DNA of 28,279 bases, taken from positions 1 through 28,279 of IMG/VR virus record IMGVR_UViG_3300023173_000081. The stretch is one strand, 5' to 3'. Made by a program: the position numbers and the translations under genes. Shown in pieces: positions 1-8,583 of the stretch; positions within the stretch are counted from its first letter, which is position 1; every line of letters starts with the position of its first letter. The notes beneath the pieces are model-generated. The model ran no database searches and was not told the DNA's origin. It saw only the letters and a program-made list of their open reading frames with translations. This DNA is from a virus. Taxonomy: Duplodnaviria; Caudoviricetes.

Positions 1-142
1 TCCCGTCCTCTTTTCGGTAGATAAGATCATTGTTTCTTTCGCTAATGTAAGACTCTCGTTTTACCTTCGTCTCACTCCCGTTTAACAAAATCAAAAACCA
101 AATTCCTACTGGCGGCAGGAATGTAGGATCGTTCCAGTGCAT
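1..142 (-). CDS. Hypothetical phage protein, 5' part only (runs off the window; not in ORF track)
   Basis: Open frame from ATG at 142: MHWNDPTFLPPVGIWFLILLNGSETKVKRESYISERNNDLIYRKEDG...; strong SD GAGGTG upstream of the ATG; follows the stop of 161..670. Confidence 0.65.
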   Translation of the reverse strand, partial: MHWNDPTFLPPVGIWFLILLNGSETKVKRESYISERNNDLIYRKEDG

Positions 143-159
143 AAGTCACCTCTTACTGA
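142..159. promoter_or_regulatory. Operator-like palindrome TAAGT-N8-ACTTA, 1 mismatch
   Basis: TAAGT cacctctt ACTGA; overlaps the SD and start A of the 1..142 gene. Confidence 0.55.
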
Positions 160-160
160 T

Positions 161-670
161 TTATGCAAACAAACCAAAGCCTGGTCTGCCGCTTGATTTA
201 GATTTAATTTGTTTTTTTTCTTCGAGTTCTTCTTTTTTGCCTGACTCTTTAAGTAATTCAGAAAAGTAAAGCCAAAGATCAGGAATGCTCGTATTAATCC
301 CAAAATCATCGTCATTAATCCAGGGAAACATGGCGGTTATAACCTCTTTGAATGCAGAAGCACCTGAGTAAACAAAGTTTGCGCGTTCTGAGTCTCGAAG
401 TTTAACCAAAAAAGTATCAGCACTATCATCCGAGGTTATAGGCTTAAACAAAACGAAATGCTCGGAGCCAACTTCAATAAACCCATCGATAGTGCAAACT
501 GCATTAAAGGTTGCCCCAGATTTCTTAAGTAGTAAGCCGCGATCTTCCAAAAAGCAATCGAACATCCCCTCTGTAACTCTACATAGGGTCAAATCGTCAA
601 ATATATTTTTAGAAAGCTCTTTGCTCAAAAACTCATACGCGGCAATGACATCATCGAAGCTCGCACTCAT
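161..670 (-). CDS. Hypothetical protein (169 aa)
   Basis: ORF with ATGA overlap to the sbcC stop; co-oriented in the operon; no motif recognised. Confidence 0.8.
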   Translation of the reverse strand: MSASFDDVIAAYEFLSKELSKNIFDDLTLCRVTEGMFDCFLEDRGLLLKKSGATFNAVCTIDGFIEVGSEHFVLFKPITSDDSADTFLVKLRDSERANFVYSGASAFKEVITAMFPWINDDDFGINTSIPDLWLYFSELLKESGKKEELEEKKQIKSKSSGRPGFGLFA

Positions 671-2622
671 GACAGCGCTCCCAACTCATCTACCATCGTA
701 GAGAAGCCTTCTGATTTGCGGATCGTGACCGACTGAGTAATCCAATCGTTCATATCATTGTGTGAGATCAACAATACCGTTCCACGCTCTTTAGCTTTCT
801 CATTAAGAACGCCCATCAAACGCTCTAAGCCTGTCGTATCAAGTGCGTCATCGATTTCATCCATAACCAATAAATCAATCGGCTTAGACGCTCGTGTTGC
901 AACCAAATCCTGCATAGCCAGGTAACAAGACAAACGAACCTTGCGCTTCTCCCCGCCTGATAACCCGCCAAATGATTTCGCACCCGTAAGACTTTCAACC
1001 TCAATAGAGAATTTCTCACGTAGATCACCCTTTGCGGTCTTACTTAGCGTTGACCAGGTGGCAGAAATATTTCCATCAGAAAGAAGTGACAGGTATTGAG
1101 AGGTCTGCTCGTTAAGGAATGGCGTCACGGTATCAAGAATGTGCGCTCGAATGCCCGCTGGACTGAAGATTCTTGCGGTCTCTTCCGCAATTTCCAACGC
1201 CTCTTCAGTTTTCAGGATCTTAGTTTCAGCCTCTTCTAACTGCCCTTTTGCTGCTCGTAACCTGTCAGCGCCAGTCTTTAGAGATTTCTTATGAGGATTC
1301 TCTTCTTTGGTTAGCTTTTCAATGCTGGCCTTCGACAGATCCAGTTTTTCCGCAAGCTTGTCGGTTGCTCGTTCGTAGTCAGCCAACTCTTTAATTTTCG
1401 CTTCCTTAGAGCGAATCTCAGCGTTGGCTTCAGAAACATCTGTCATTCCTTTCTTAAAGTCCGAAACGATCTCACCGAGTTCCTCAAGCTGCTTCTTGCG
1501 TCCGTCTAGTCGTTCCTTTTCAAGTTTCAATTCCTCAACAGAGGATCTAAGCAGTTCGGTGCGCTTTTCGATAACTTCAGCCACTTCACTTTCGTCCATA
1601 GGCTTGCCACACTCTTTGCAAGGTGTTCCTATCGCACTCTTAAGACTTTTGATTTCATCTTTGATAACACCGGCATCACGTTTGTTCTTTTCGTAAGATA
1701 GCTGTTCTGTCTCGCTCAGAGCATTTAATCGAACCAATTTGGAGTTCAGATCCTCTAGCTCTCTGGCTTCATCATCGACAGCCTCAATCTGCTTAGATAA
1801 TTCTTCGACTTGCCCTTCAAGTTCTGCCATCTCTTTTGAAACGTCACCTCGTTCTGCATGGGCAACAGCAATCTTTCCATCCAATTCCTTGGCGGCTTCA
1901 ATCATTTCTTTTTGTTTAATTGACCAGGCTTCAGCCTCTAATTTCAAATCTTTAATGAGTCCTGCCAACGTTTCAAGATTGGCTTTCTTTGAGTCAACCT
2001 CTAATTGGGACTTGGTGTGATCACCCTTAGCAGCAGTAACCTTTGACAGGGCAATCTTGTGGGCATCTTGTAAACGATCAATGCCAGCGGCCTCTTCGAT
2101 CAAGGTCTTTAACTCTTTGTCCGTCATGTTCGGAAAATCAGGCATCGACTCTTGGCCAGAGTAAACAGCATTTTTAAATACCGTTTCAGAGCACCCAAGA
2201 ATTTTATTAAGAGTTTCCTGCGTGATCTTATCTGTGCCACCTGTTAAGTCTTCAGCCATCGCCCCCTCATCCAGATCTTTTGGCTTGTAAAACAAATGAA
2301 GAGAGTTTTTATGATCTTTGTCCTTTCTATATCGACCGATGAAATACGAGCCACCATCAGCATCCTTTAAGACAATTTCAACGTGACAATTTTTTTTAGC
2401 AATTGCATTAATCACGTTATCACCGGTAACACCACGAGCAGTCTTACCGAACAAGCACCAATGAATCGCATCAGCAATTGATGACTTGCCAGAGCCATTA
2501 CTGTTTTGGCTTGAGTCATCCAAGTTTTCACCTTTGATGCAAACTAAGCCGCGAGAATCCAGTTTCATAGTCACTTGGCCAACAGCCATGAAATTTTTAA
2601 TATGTGCGCTTATAAACTTCAT
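667..2622 (-). CDS. sbcC: SbcC/Rad50-like SMC-family ATPase (T4 gp46-like)
   Basis: Walker A SNGSGKS, long coiled coil with central zinc hook CKEC, signature LSGGE, Walker B LLVMDE, H-loop ISH; coupled to a Mre11-like gene. Confidence 0.93.
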   Translation of the reverse strand: MKFISAHIKNFMAVGQVTMKLDSRGLVCIKGENLDDSSQNSNGSGKSSIADAIHWCLFGKTARGVTGDNVINAIAKKNCHVEIVLKDADGGSYFIGRYRKDKDHKNSLHLFYKPKDLDEGAMAEDLTGGTDKITQETLNKILGCSETVFKNAVYSGQESMPDFPNMTDKELKTLIEEAAGIDRLQDAHKIALSKVTAAKGDHTKSQLEVDSKKANLETLAGLIKDLKLEAEAWSIKQKEMIEAAKELDGKIAVAHAERGDVSKEMAELEGQVEELSKQIEAVDDEARELEDLNSKLVRLNALSETEQLSYEKNKRDAGVIKDEIKSLKSAIGTPCKECGKPMDESEVAEVIEKRTELLRSSVEELKLEKERLDGRKKQLEELGEIVSDFKKGMTDVSEANAEIRSKEAKIKELADYERATDKLAEKLDLSKASIEKLTKEENPHKKSLKTGADRLRAAKGQLEEAETKILKTEEALEIAEETARIFSPAGIRAHILDTVTPFLNEQTSQYLSLLSDGNISATWSTLSKTAKGDLREKFSIEVESLTGAKSFGGLSGGEKRKVRLSCYLAMQDLVATRASKPIDLLVMDEIDDALDTTGLERLMGVLNEKAKERGTVLLISHNDMNDWITQSVTIRKSEGFSTMVDELGALS

Positions 2623-3671
2623 ACTGATTCAACCTCCGCAAGAATCTCCAATGCAGCCTTTTTAGCTGCTGTTTTGTGTTTGAATTCAGAAGCATCGACC
2701 CAATCTTCAACACCCTTTTCCAGAGAGCCAAGCTCCGGTGCTTCTGCTGCATCTGGATCACGTTCGACCACGCTGGATGTTTTAATTGGCACGATCTGAA
2801 CTCCTTCAGCGCCCAGCTCGAACAAAGTTTCGCGTAGCTCTTCTATCTCAGAAATAGAAGCGTCTTTCACCTTCATTCGAACGTAGTTGTTGGCGCAGAG
2901 ATCAGGGAAGTCTTCTGGTTCACACTCAGTAAGATCAAGAAACTCTGGGGCATTGGACGGGTGATGAGTGACACCATCATCATCAACAATAAGAAATCCA
3001 GCTTTAGAGCCAATGTCACCCCATGTTTGATGAGTTAAAGCGCCTACTGAATAAACACCGTCACCTAGATCCCGGTGATTGTGATAGTGGCCGCTAAAAA
3101 CACCTTTGAAGCCAAGCTCAGATAAAAACTCAGCCGTTAACCCATGAGAGGGAATATGCGGCAACACTTCATCCACTGGCGCATGAATGAAAAGCTCCAC
3201 CTCTTGAGGGTCTTCAAGTTCAACCTTTGCGTGAACCTGTAATTCATCCTTAAGCTTTTCAACAGAGGAGATCCAAGGCACAAACAAGAAATCATCGATA
3301 AGGGTGATGTCGTTAATAACCTTGCATCCAACTTCACCTAGAGAGGAGGCTGCGTTGCCTAAATCATCAGACTCTTTACCCTGAAGATCGTGATTGCCCG
3401 CAATGATATAAACCTTTAGCCCAAGCTCTGTTGTAATACGTTTGTATGTCTCAAGCGTTGGATTTAATACGCTAGGCGAAACCTTTCCGCGAACGTGGAA
3501 TAGATCTCCGGTGTGAATTAACGCTTTACCACCTGCATCCTTGACAGCTTTGGCAGCCCGCCAAGTCTCGTCCAAGATAATTCGAAGGCGACTATTAACG
3601 CCATTTGGTAATTGTTTTGAGAACGCACTCCAATCATGGTTGTGCGTGTCAGATATGATCCCGTAAATCAT
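2619..3671 (-). CDS. sbcD: SbcD/Mre11-like metallophosphoesterase nuclease (T4 gp47-like)
   Basis: Phosphoesterase motifs SDTH, GDLFH, GNHD, H, GHYH; 4-bp overlap with sbcC. Confidence 0.92.
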   Translation of the reverse strand: MIYGIISDTHNHDWSAFSKQLPNGVNSRLRIILDETWRAAKAVKDAGGKALIHTGDLFHVRGKVSPSVLNPTLETYKRITTELGLKVYIIAGNHDLQGKESDDLGNAASSLGEVGCKVINDITLIDDFLFVPWISSVEKLKDELQVHAKVELEDPQEVELFIHAPVDEVLPHIPSHGLTAEFLSELGFKGVFSGHYHNHRDLGDGVYSVGALTHQTWGDIGSKAGFLIVDDDGVTHHPSNAPEFLDLTECEPEDFPDLCANNYVRMKVKDASISEIEELRETLFELGAEGVQIVPIKTSSVVERDPDAAEAPELGSLEKGVEDWVDASEFKHKTAAKKAALEILAEVESV

Positions 3672-3737
3672 TTGATTTTAATCTCCTACTTTCGTGTATC
3701 CATAAGATAACGATACGACACTGGCGATACTAAAACA

Positions 3738-3755
3738 TAAGTAAGCCATTACTTA
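3738..3755. promoter_or_regulatory. Operator palindrome TAAGT-N8-ACTTA upstream of sbcD
   Basis: TAAGT aagccatt ACTTA, perfect match, 66 bp upstream of the sbcD start. Confidence 0.75.
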
Positions 3756-3804
3756 TTTTATTAAGCCAAAAAGTAGAGAAAAAAGAAAGTCACAAATAAA
3801 GATT

Positions 3805-3832
3805 TTGAATATTTCTTTAATTGCGTTAGGCT
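3805..3832 (+). promoter_or_regulatory. Candidate sigma70 promoter for the + strand ncRNA
   Basis: TTGAAT-16 bp-TAGGCT in an AT-rich segment immediately upstream of the structured region. Confidence 0.35.
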
Positions 3833-4240
3833 GGTTGTATCCTACAAAAAACGACTCATACAACCATTTGAGCACCCGTCTTCTGTGGGTAGAGATGCAC
3901 GCAAAGAATTCTCACTCCGATGAAGGCTGCACTTCAGCTAACAACGATGAGAACACCCTGAACGTGGTTCCACATCTCGATGTTGGCGCTGGAACCGTCA
4001 ATAACCAATCCATGTTGAGGGCAGCAATCCTCTTTATGGCGTCACCGGCCTGTGACGTTAAACTCTCAGGTGTTAATTTTCCTGGGTCGGCTCGGGGTTT
4101 GTTTCGGAGAACGTTATGTTCACCTTAAAGACTTCGAATTGTGAGGTTACGCTTGATATAGCCGCGATAATCCGAGCAGTTGCGATTATTTCGATTGTAT
4201 TATTGTAATCTTTGGCGGGGCGGCTTTGGTCGCCCCAGAC
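3830..4240 (+). ncRNA. Large structured non-coding RNA of unknown class (~410 nt)
   Basis: At least 12 stems, including nested multibranch domains (3952-3961/4066-4074 and 4090-4096/4171-4177 each enclose hairpins); non-Watson-Crick pairs read as G-U on + and as A-C on -; no credible ORF. Confidence 0.65.
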
Positions 4241-4245
4241 CTAAA

Positions 4246-4641
4246 CTAAAAAATATCACCATCTTTTAGTTCATGTAGTCTCAAAAAAGCCTTTACCACC
4301 GAAAGATTAAAATTATCTTCTTCGAAGGTATGTTCTTGCTCAAAAATGATCTTTCCATCTTCGTTCTCAAAGTGAACATTCATTTTGAAGAGATTAAATA
4401 GAATATTAATTTCTGCGTTATATCTAATAACATCTAGCAGGGCAAAGGCATCATGATTAGAATTGCAGGCGTCATAAATGTGATCCGAAGCATCTAGGCT
4501 ATTTAATGTCTTACGCCTAAACTCTTCCTCATCAATGATAACGGCAGCACTGCCATTAACATACAGGTCAGGACTTGGCTCATACCCAACCGCTCTAGCG
4601 CACTGTCTGTTTAGCTCTCTTTCTAAATCCAGATTATCCAT
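4246..4641 (-). CDS. Hypothetical protein (131 aa)
   Basis: ATG-start ORF co-oriented with the operon. Confidence 0.75.
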   Translation of the reverse strand: MDNLDLERELNRQCARAVGYEPSPDLYVNGSAAVIIDEEEFRRKTLNSLDASDHIYDACNSNHDAFALLDVIRYNAEINILFNLFKMNVHFENEDGKIIFEQEHTFEEDNFNLSVVKAFLRLHELKDGDIF

Positions 4642-4722
4642 ATCTCATTCAATCCATTATTGTTTTGGCAGAGAGAGACTAACGATAAACAATCAGTTTG
4701 TTAAGTGGTAAAGGCATTGCCT

Positions 4723-4962
4723 CTACCACCGTCTCACCTTTCCTTTTGTTGATTTACGTTGTGGCCCATAGCCAAGTGGGGGCCTTGAGATAACCTTCTT
4801 GTCTTCAAACTCATCAACAACTATAAATTCGTGGGCAAGACCGTTTATGAGATCCTTGGGATATTCATCAACAAGCTTCACCTCATGATCAGTGCCCTCA
4901 AGATTCGATTCCAGAAGTTCTTTGAATCTTTCGTCTGACCCTAAAATGTAAAATTTACCCAT
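4723..4962 (-). CDS. Hypothetical protein (~79 aa; start revised to MGKF)
   Basis: ATG at 4962 with SD AAGGTGG, overlapping the stop of the upstream gene; the longer track ORF overlaps 4955..5218. Confidence 0.65.
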   Translation of the reverse strand: MGKFYILGSDERFKELLESNLEGTDHEVKLVDEYPKDLINGLAHEFIVVDEFEDKKVISRPPLGYGPQRKSTKGKVRRW

Positions 4963-5218
4963 CAACATCCACCTTACTTTCAATCTCATAAAGACTGTAT
5001 TCAGCGTTTCTTGCAGCTTCATACTTCTCATAAAACTCATTGGCCGCATCCTCACCCACGACTTCAATAAGCTCCTTCTTCAGACAAAGTTTGCAGGGAC
5101 TACCAGCTCTTGCTCTGTTGCCACAGTCGTTAGAGCACTTTGAGAATGTGCTGGCATGAATAGGCATTTGATGTTTGATGTCTCTTAAGATTTCATAGAC
5201 CGGTCTTTTCTGATTCAT
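4955..5218 (-). CDS. Hypothetical protein with Cys cluster (CSNDC...CKLC), possible Zn finger
   Basis: 87-aa ORF, SD AGGTG, four Cys. Confidence 0.7.
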   Translation of the reverse strand: MNQKRPVYEILRDIKHQMPIHASTFSKCSNDCGNRARAGSPCKLCLKKELIEVVGEDAANEFYEKYEAARNAEYSLYEIESKVDVDG

Positions 5219-5225
5219 GAATCAC

Positions 5226-5570
5226 CTATCGATAGTGAGTAACGAACATCAGCTTGTTCTGCTCAGGGTTAATATCGAATAGATGCTTCAGTAGAACATC
5301 GGCAATCTCTTTTTCAGCGCTTAAAGATGGGTCATCACACTCGAACATATCAATTGATTGATGATCTGAAGACTTTTTGAGACAGCGACCAAGAATGACA
5401 TATTTTCCGTTCATTCCGTCAGCCAAAACGTGGACTCCGCCTGGATTAATGTCGTCAATTTTAAATGCTGAATCAATATACTTATCAAGAGCCTCATGCT
5501 CCTCTTCTGAAAAGTGATTGTAAGGCAGCTTTACGCCATAAATAACATATTGATTCTTTTGAATGCTCAT
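5226..5570 (-). CDS. Hypothetical phage protein (114 aa)
   Basis: ATGA overlap with the upstream gene. Confidence 0.8.
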   Translation of the reverse strand: MSIQKNQYVIYGVKLPYNHFSEEEHEALDKYIDSAFKIDDINPGGVHVLADGMNGKYVILGRCLKKSSDHQSIDMFECDDPSLSAEKEIADVLLKHLFDINPEQNKLMFVTHYR

Positions 5571-5977
5571 AAACTGAATTCCCCTTCTTTCTTAATGAAA
5601 TAAGTAAGAGGCAGATAACGCTGCAACTCACCTCCTCGCTTCTTAAAGTTCATCACCTGGACTTTGCCCTCGTCATAGAAGTTCTTAAGGTGAGTGATAT
5701 AAATGTCCCCACTCTCACGAACTCTCACACCAACATAAGCAATGCCTTTTGCTTTCATCTCTCCGAGCGTATCAACGTCAAGCGCCCAGCAAGCAATACC
5801 CTTTCTGATGGCATCACTAATGCTGGGCGCTCCGTTTCTGAAAATTTCTTTCTTGTCTCGATAGGCTAAATAAACACGCTTCTTAGAGGGCAACTCAAAG
5901 ATCCCTCCATAAAGTCGTCTGTTCTTTCGAACATGCTCAATTAGGTGTTCATCCAGTTCTCTTTCGATCTTGATCAT
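5567..5977 (-). CDS. Hypothetical basic protein (136 aa)
   Basis: ORF in tightly packed operon; no motif recognised. Confidence 0.8.
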   Translation of the reverse strand: MIKIERELDEHLIEHVRKNRRLYGGIFELPSKKRVYLAYRDKKEIFRNGAPSISDAIRKGIACWALDVDTLGEMKAKGIAYVGVRVRESGDIYITHLKNFYDEGKVQVMNFKKRGGELQRYLPLTYFIKKEGEFSL

Positions 5978-6443
5978 AATTAGGCTCCAATTCGATAACA
6001 GTTATCTCTTCAGCCAAATTAACGAATAAATTTCCATTGCAACGCCTCAAAATCTTCTCCATTTCATCGGGAGATTCAGGCTTCATGTGATTCTCTTTGT
6101 AATACGAATGTAAGACATTCTCTTTGGTGTCTACATGCTTTCCAGTTACCAAAGCTGTTCCGGCAACTTGATTATTCTTGTCGACCAAAGCGACTGTTTG
6201 CCCCTTAATAACGCGCTTAAACCAAGCTGATCTCAAACGCATTGTGTTAAAGGCTTTATCCGTCCCTTTCATATCGAAGAACTTGATTACTGGCATGTAA
6301 GTTGAGCAAGTTTTGACACTGTTAGAATGAGCATTACATGAGCTGCGAATACCGCAGTGATCACACAAGCTACCTGACTTTCTCCTAAGTCTGTAAAGAC
6401 TGTCTTCTTCAAGAACGACATAACGAAGATTGGCATCGACCAT
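5949..6443 (-). CDS. Hypothetical protein: N-terminal Cys4 cluster plus possible ASCH/PUA-like domain
   Basis: CDHC...C...C followed by KAFNTMR...KGQTVALVD...GTALVT, resembling the ASCH TxR motif; SD GGGGAG; domain call tentative. Confidence 0.6.
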   Translation of the reverse strand: MVDANLRYVVLEEDSLYRLRRKSGSLCDHCGIRSSCNAHSNSVKTCSTYMPVIKFFDMKGTDKAFNTMRLRSAWFKRVIKGQTVALVDKNNQVAGTALVTGKHVDTKENVLHSYYKENHMKPESPDEMEKILRRCNGNLFVNLAEEITVIELEPNYDQDRKRTG

Positions 6444-6518
6444 TGATAGACTCCCCTTTGTTTTTAAGAAGAGTCTATCTGGAAATTAGCGTTAACCGCT
6501 GACTATTTGCAGGTGATT

Positions 6519-7592
6519 TTAGGCTTCAGCTAGCTTGGCCAATTCAATTGATTCATCATCTGTTTCCAGATCTTCTTCGCCTTTAGGAAGCATCGCCTCA
6601 AGCTTTGCTAGACCTTCAGGATCAGACATCAACTTGGCTGCTACTTGCTTCTTATAGAGCTTTGAGCCGTCCCATTCGATACGAGCACCAGCGGAAGGAA
6701 TCACACCAATCTTTACCAGGTGCTCAAGCGTTGAATGGATATAATCGAAATAGCCCGAACCATCTTCACGGAACATGAAGCGCCACTGAGCTGATTTGAA
6801 CGGTGCAGAACACTTGTTCTTGATTACGTTGGCTTTAACTTCTTGCCCCAAAGTGGTTTTCTCACCGCCTGACTTATCGACAATCATTGAACGAGAAAGA
6901 CTGACACGAATAGAGGCGTAGAATTTTGGCGCTCTACCTCCGGGAGTTGTGGTTGGATCACCATACATAACACCGGGCTTTTCACGCACCTGGTTAAGAA
7001 TCAAAATCGCCATCTGATACTTCTCAGCCATCAAAGCGAGTGTTGGGAAGATAGAAGAACAAGCCTTCGATAACGCCAAAGAGTCATTCATCCCCTGCTC
7101 TGTTACTTCCTTGGCAAACTTAGACTGAGGAATCATTGAAGCCAGAGAGTCGAACACAACACAAATAGGCGCGGCTGGATCGATCAACTCACCTTCACGA
7201 ATGGCTTTAGCCACTTTGATTGTGTTGGTTACAGAAGCTTCGAAGGTATCTGGCGTCTTAAAGATCCAAGGCCCCGGAGTATCATCAAGCCCCATCCCTG
7301 TAGCAAGTGAAACGTCAAAGCTACGTTCATGGTCGTTGAACATGGCAACGCCACCCATCTCTTGAGCAGACTTCATTGCAGATGTAGCCAAAGCGGTCTT
7401 TCCGCAGGACTCTCCACCATAGATTTCGATAATTCGACCTACTGGAATTCCACCGTCATAGTCGCCTGAAAGCGCTTTGTTAAGTGGTTTGTATCCAGTA
7501 TCCAACCAAGTTTGAACACCTTGAATTTCATCGTTGTCGCCTACTGCACTAACAACTGCGCCAGCCAATGCTGCTAAATCTGGTTTTTTCAT
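6519..7592 (-). CDS. recA: RecA/UvsX-like recombinase (phage-plasmid type)
   Basis: TGYKPLNKAL-GG-P-GRIIEIYG, Walker A GGESCGKT, Walker B VVFDSL, LNQVREK, TTPGGRAPKFYASIRV, IKNK. Confidence 0.95.
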   Translation of the reverse strand: MKKPDLAALAGAVVSAVGDNDEIQGVQTWLDTGYKPLNKALSGDYDGGIPVGRIIEIYGGESCGKTALATSAMKSAQEMGGVAMFNDHERSFDVSLATGMGLDDTPGPWIFKTPDTFEASVTNTIKVAKAIREGELIDPAAPICVVFDSLASMIPQSKFAKEVTEQGMNDSLALSKACSSIFPTLALMAEKYQMAILILNQVREKPGVMYGDPTTTPGGRAPKFYASIRVSLSRSMIVDKSGGEKTTLGQEVKANVIKNKCSAPFKSAQWRFMFREDGSGYFDYIHSTLEHLVKIGVIPSAGARIEWDGSKLYKKQVAAKLMSDPEGLAKLEAMLPKGEEDLETDDESIELAKLAEA

Positions 7593-8527
7593 AGTTCTAC
7601 CTCACGAGAAAGAAATGGCTCGACAAATTCATCAAGCTTTTTAAGCAGTGAAACGAAAGCCAAGCGCTCAAACAGCGTCTTTAACTTGGCTTCGTTGTAT
7701 TCGGATTTATTAATAACAAGATCAGAAGGGCGCTCTTTGTCACGCAGATCCATCAAGGTCATGTTGCGCTCATAAACCTCACGACCTTCATCTTCTGTGG
7801 CAAATTTAGCGATCTTCTTTCGGTATCGAGAAAGATCTGAGCCTTTTGGGATTTCTGTCTCTCCATCAAACTCTTTTGATTCGAATCGACTTAAGAAATC
7901 AGGCACAGAGCCATACTTCTCGAGGAAAGCAGGTGCACACTTCTCACCAATTCCTTCAACACCTGGAATACAATCTGATCCATCACCAATCAGGACTTTC
8001 GCCTGAAGGAAAAGATCAGCGTTGTCGTAGCCCGTTTGATCTTTGAAATTGCCAACAGAAGCACGTTTGTTGTTGTAAGGGTCAAACCAGCTCACACGTT
8101 TCTGAACTAACTGAATCCAGTCTTCGTCTTTGGTGATCAGAACAACTTTCCCATCTCTGGCAAGCTGTGGAGCTAACCAGCCAGCAATGTCATCAGCTTC
8201 GTTTGAAGCCGAACGCATTTGAGTAACACCCAACGCTTCGAATGTTTTCTCAATCAGCGGAGCAACCTTCTTGTATTTCTCTTTCTGAGCAATACTTACT
8301 GGGTTAGTGCTTCGTTTTGATTTGTATTCCGGCCACATATCAAAACGCCATTGCGCTCGACCATCCCAAAGAACAATAGGCTTATACCCTTCATATCGCT
8401 CAAGCAATTCACGCAATGTCTTTACCGAATGAAAGACCGCCTGGACTTCTGTTTCGCCAACATGCAGAGGATTCGCGTATTGAGAGGTGTAGCCAATCGC
8501 ATTACCGTCAATTACTAGGTAATCCAT
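7589..8527 (-). CDS. 5'-3' exonuclease / flap endonuclease (T4 RNase H / PolA N-terminal-like)
   Basis: LVIDGN, VLWDG, EYKSKR, EADDIA, TKDED, LIGDGSDCIPGVEGIGEKCA (H3TH). Confidence 0.93.
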   Translation of the reverse strand: MDYLVIDGNAIGYTSQYANPLHVGETEVQAVFHSVKTLRELLERYEGYKPIVLWDGRAQWRFDMWPEYKSKRSTNPVSIAQKEKYKKVAPLIEKTFEALGVTQMRSASNEADDIAGWLAPQLARDGKVVLITKDEDWIQLVQKRVSWFDPYNNKRASVGNFKDQTGYDNADLFLQAKVLIGDGSDCIPGVEGIGEKCAPAFLEKYGSVPDFLSRFESKEFDGETEIPKGSDLSRYRKKIAKFATEDEGREVYERNMTLMDLRDKERPSDLVINKSEYNEAKLKTLFERLAFVSLLKKLDEFVEPFLSREVEL

Positions 8528-8549
8528 ATAAACCTCAAAATTTATAGAT

Positions 8550-8578
8550 AAGAAAAGAAAGGGAGCGAACGCTCCCTT
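8550..8578 (-). terminator. Intrinsic terminator after the SSB gene
   Basis: Minus strand AAGGGAGC-GTTC-GCTCCCTT followed by TCTTTTCTT. Confidence 0.75.
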
Positions 8579-8583
8579 ATTTG

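Noticed and set aside
3805-4128. 107-aa + strand ORF in the track
   Set aside because: TTG start coincides with a candidate -35 hexamer, there is no SD, the translation is atypical, and the region is better explained by RNA structure
4075-4180. Group I intron reading of the structured RNA (TTGATATAGCC is S-like, AATCCGAGCAG is Q-like)
   Set aside because: The elements are in the wrong order, no convincing P7 partner was found, and no interrupted gene exists on that strand
4217-4236. GC hairpin as an intrinsic terminator or tmRNA 5' end (GGGGCGG)
   Set aside because: No U-tract on either strand, and no T-arm/CCA partner nearby
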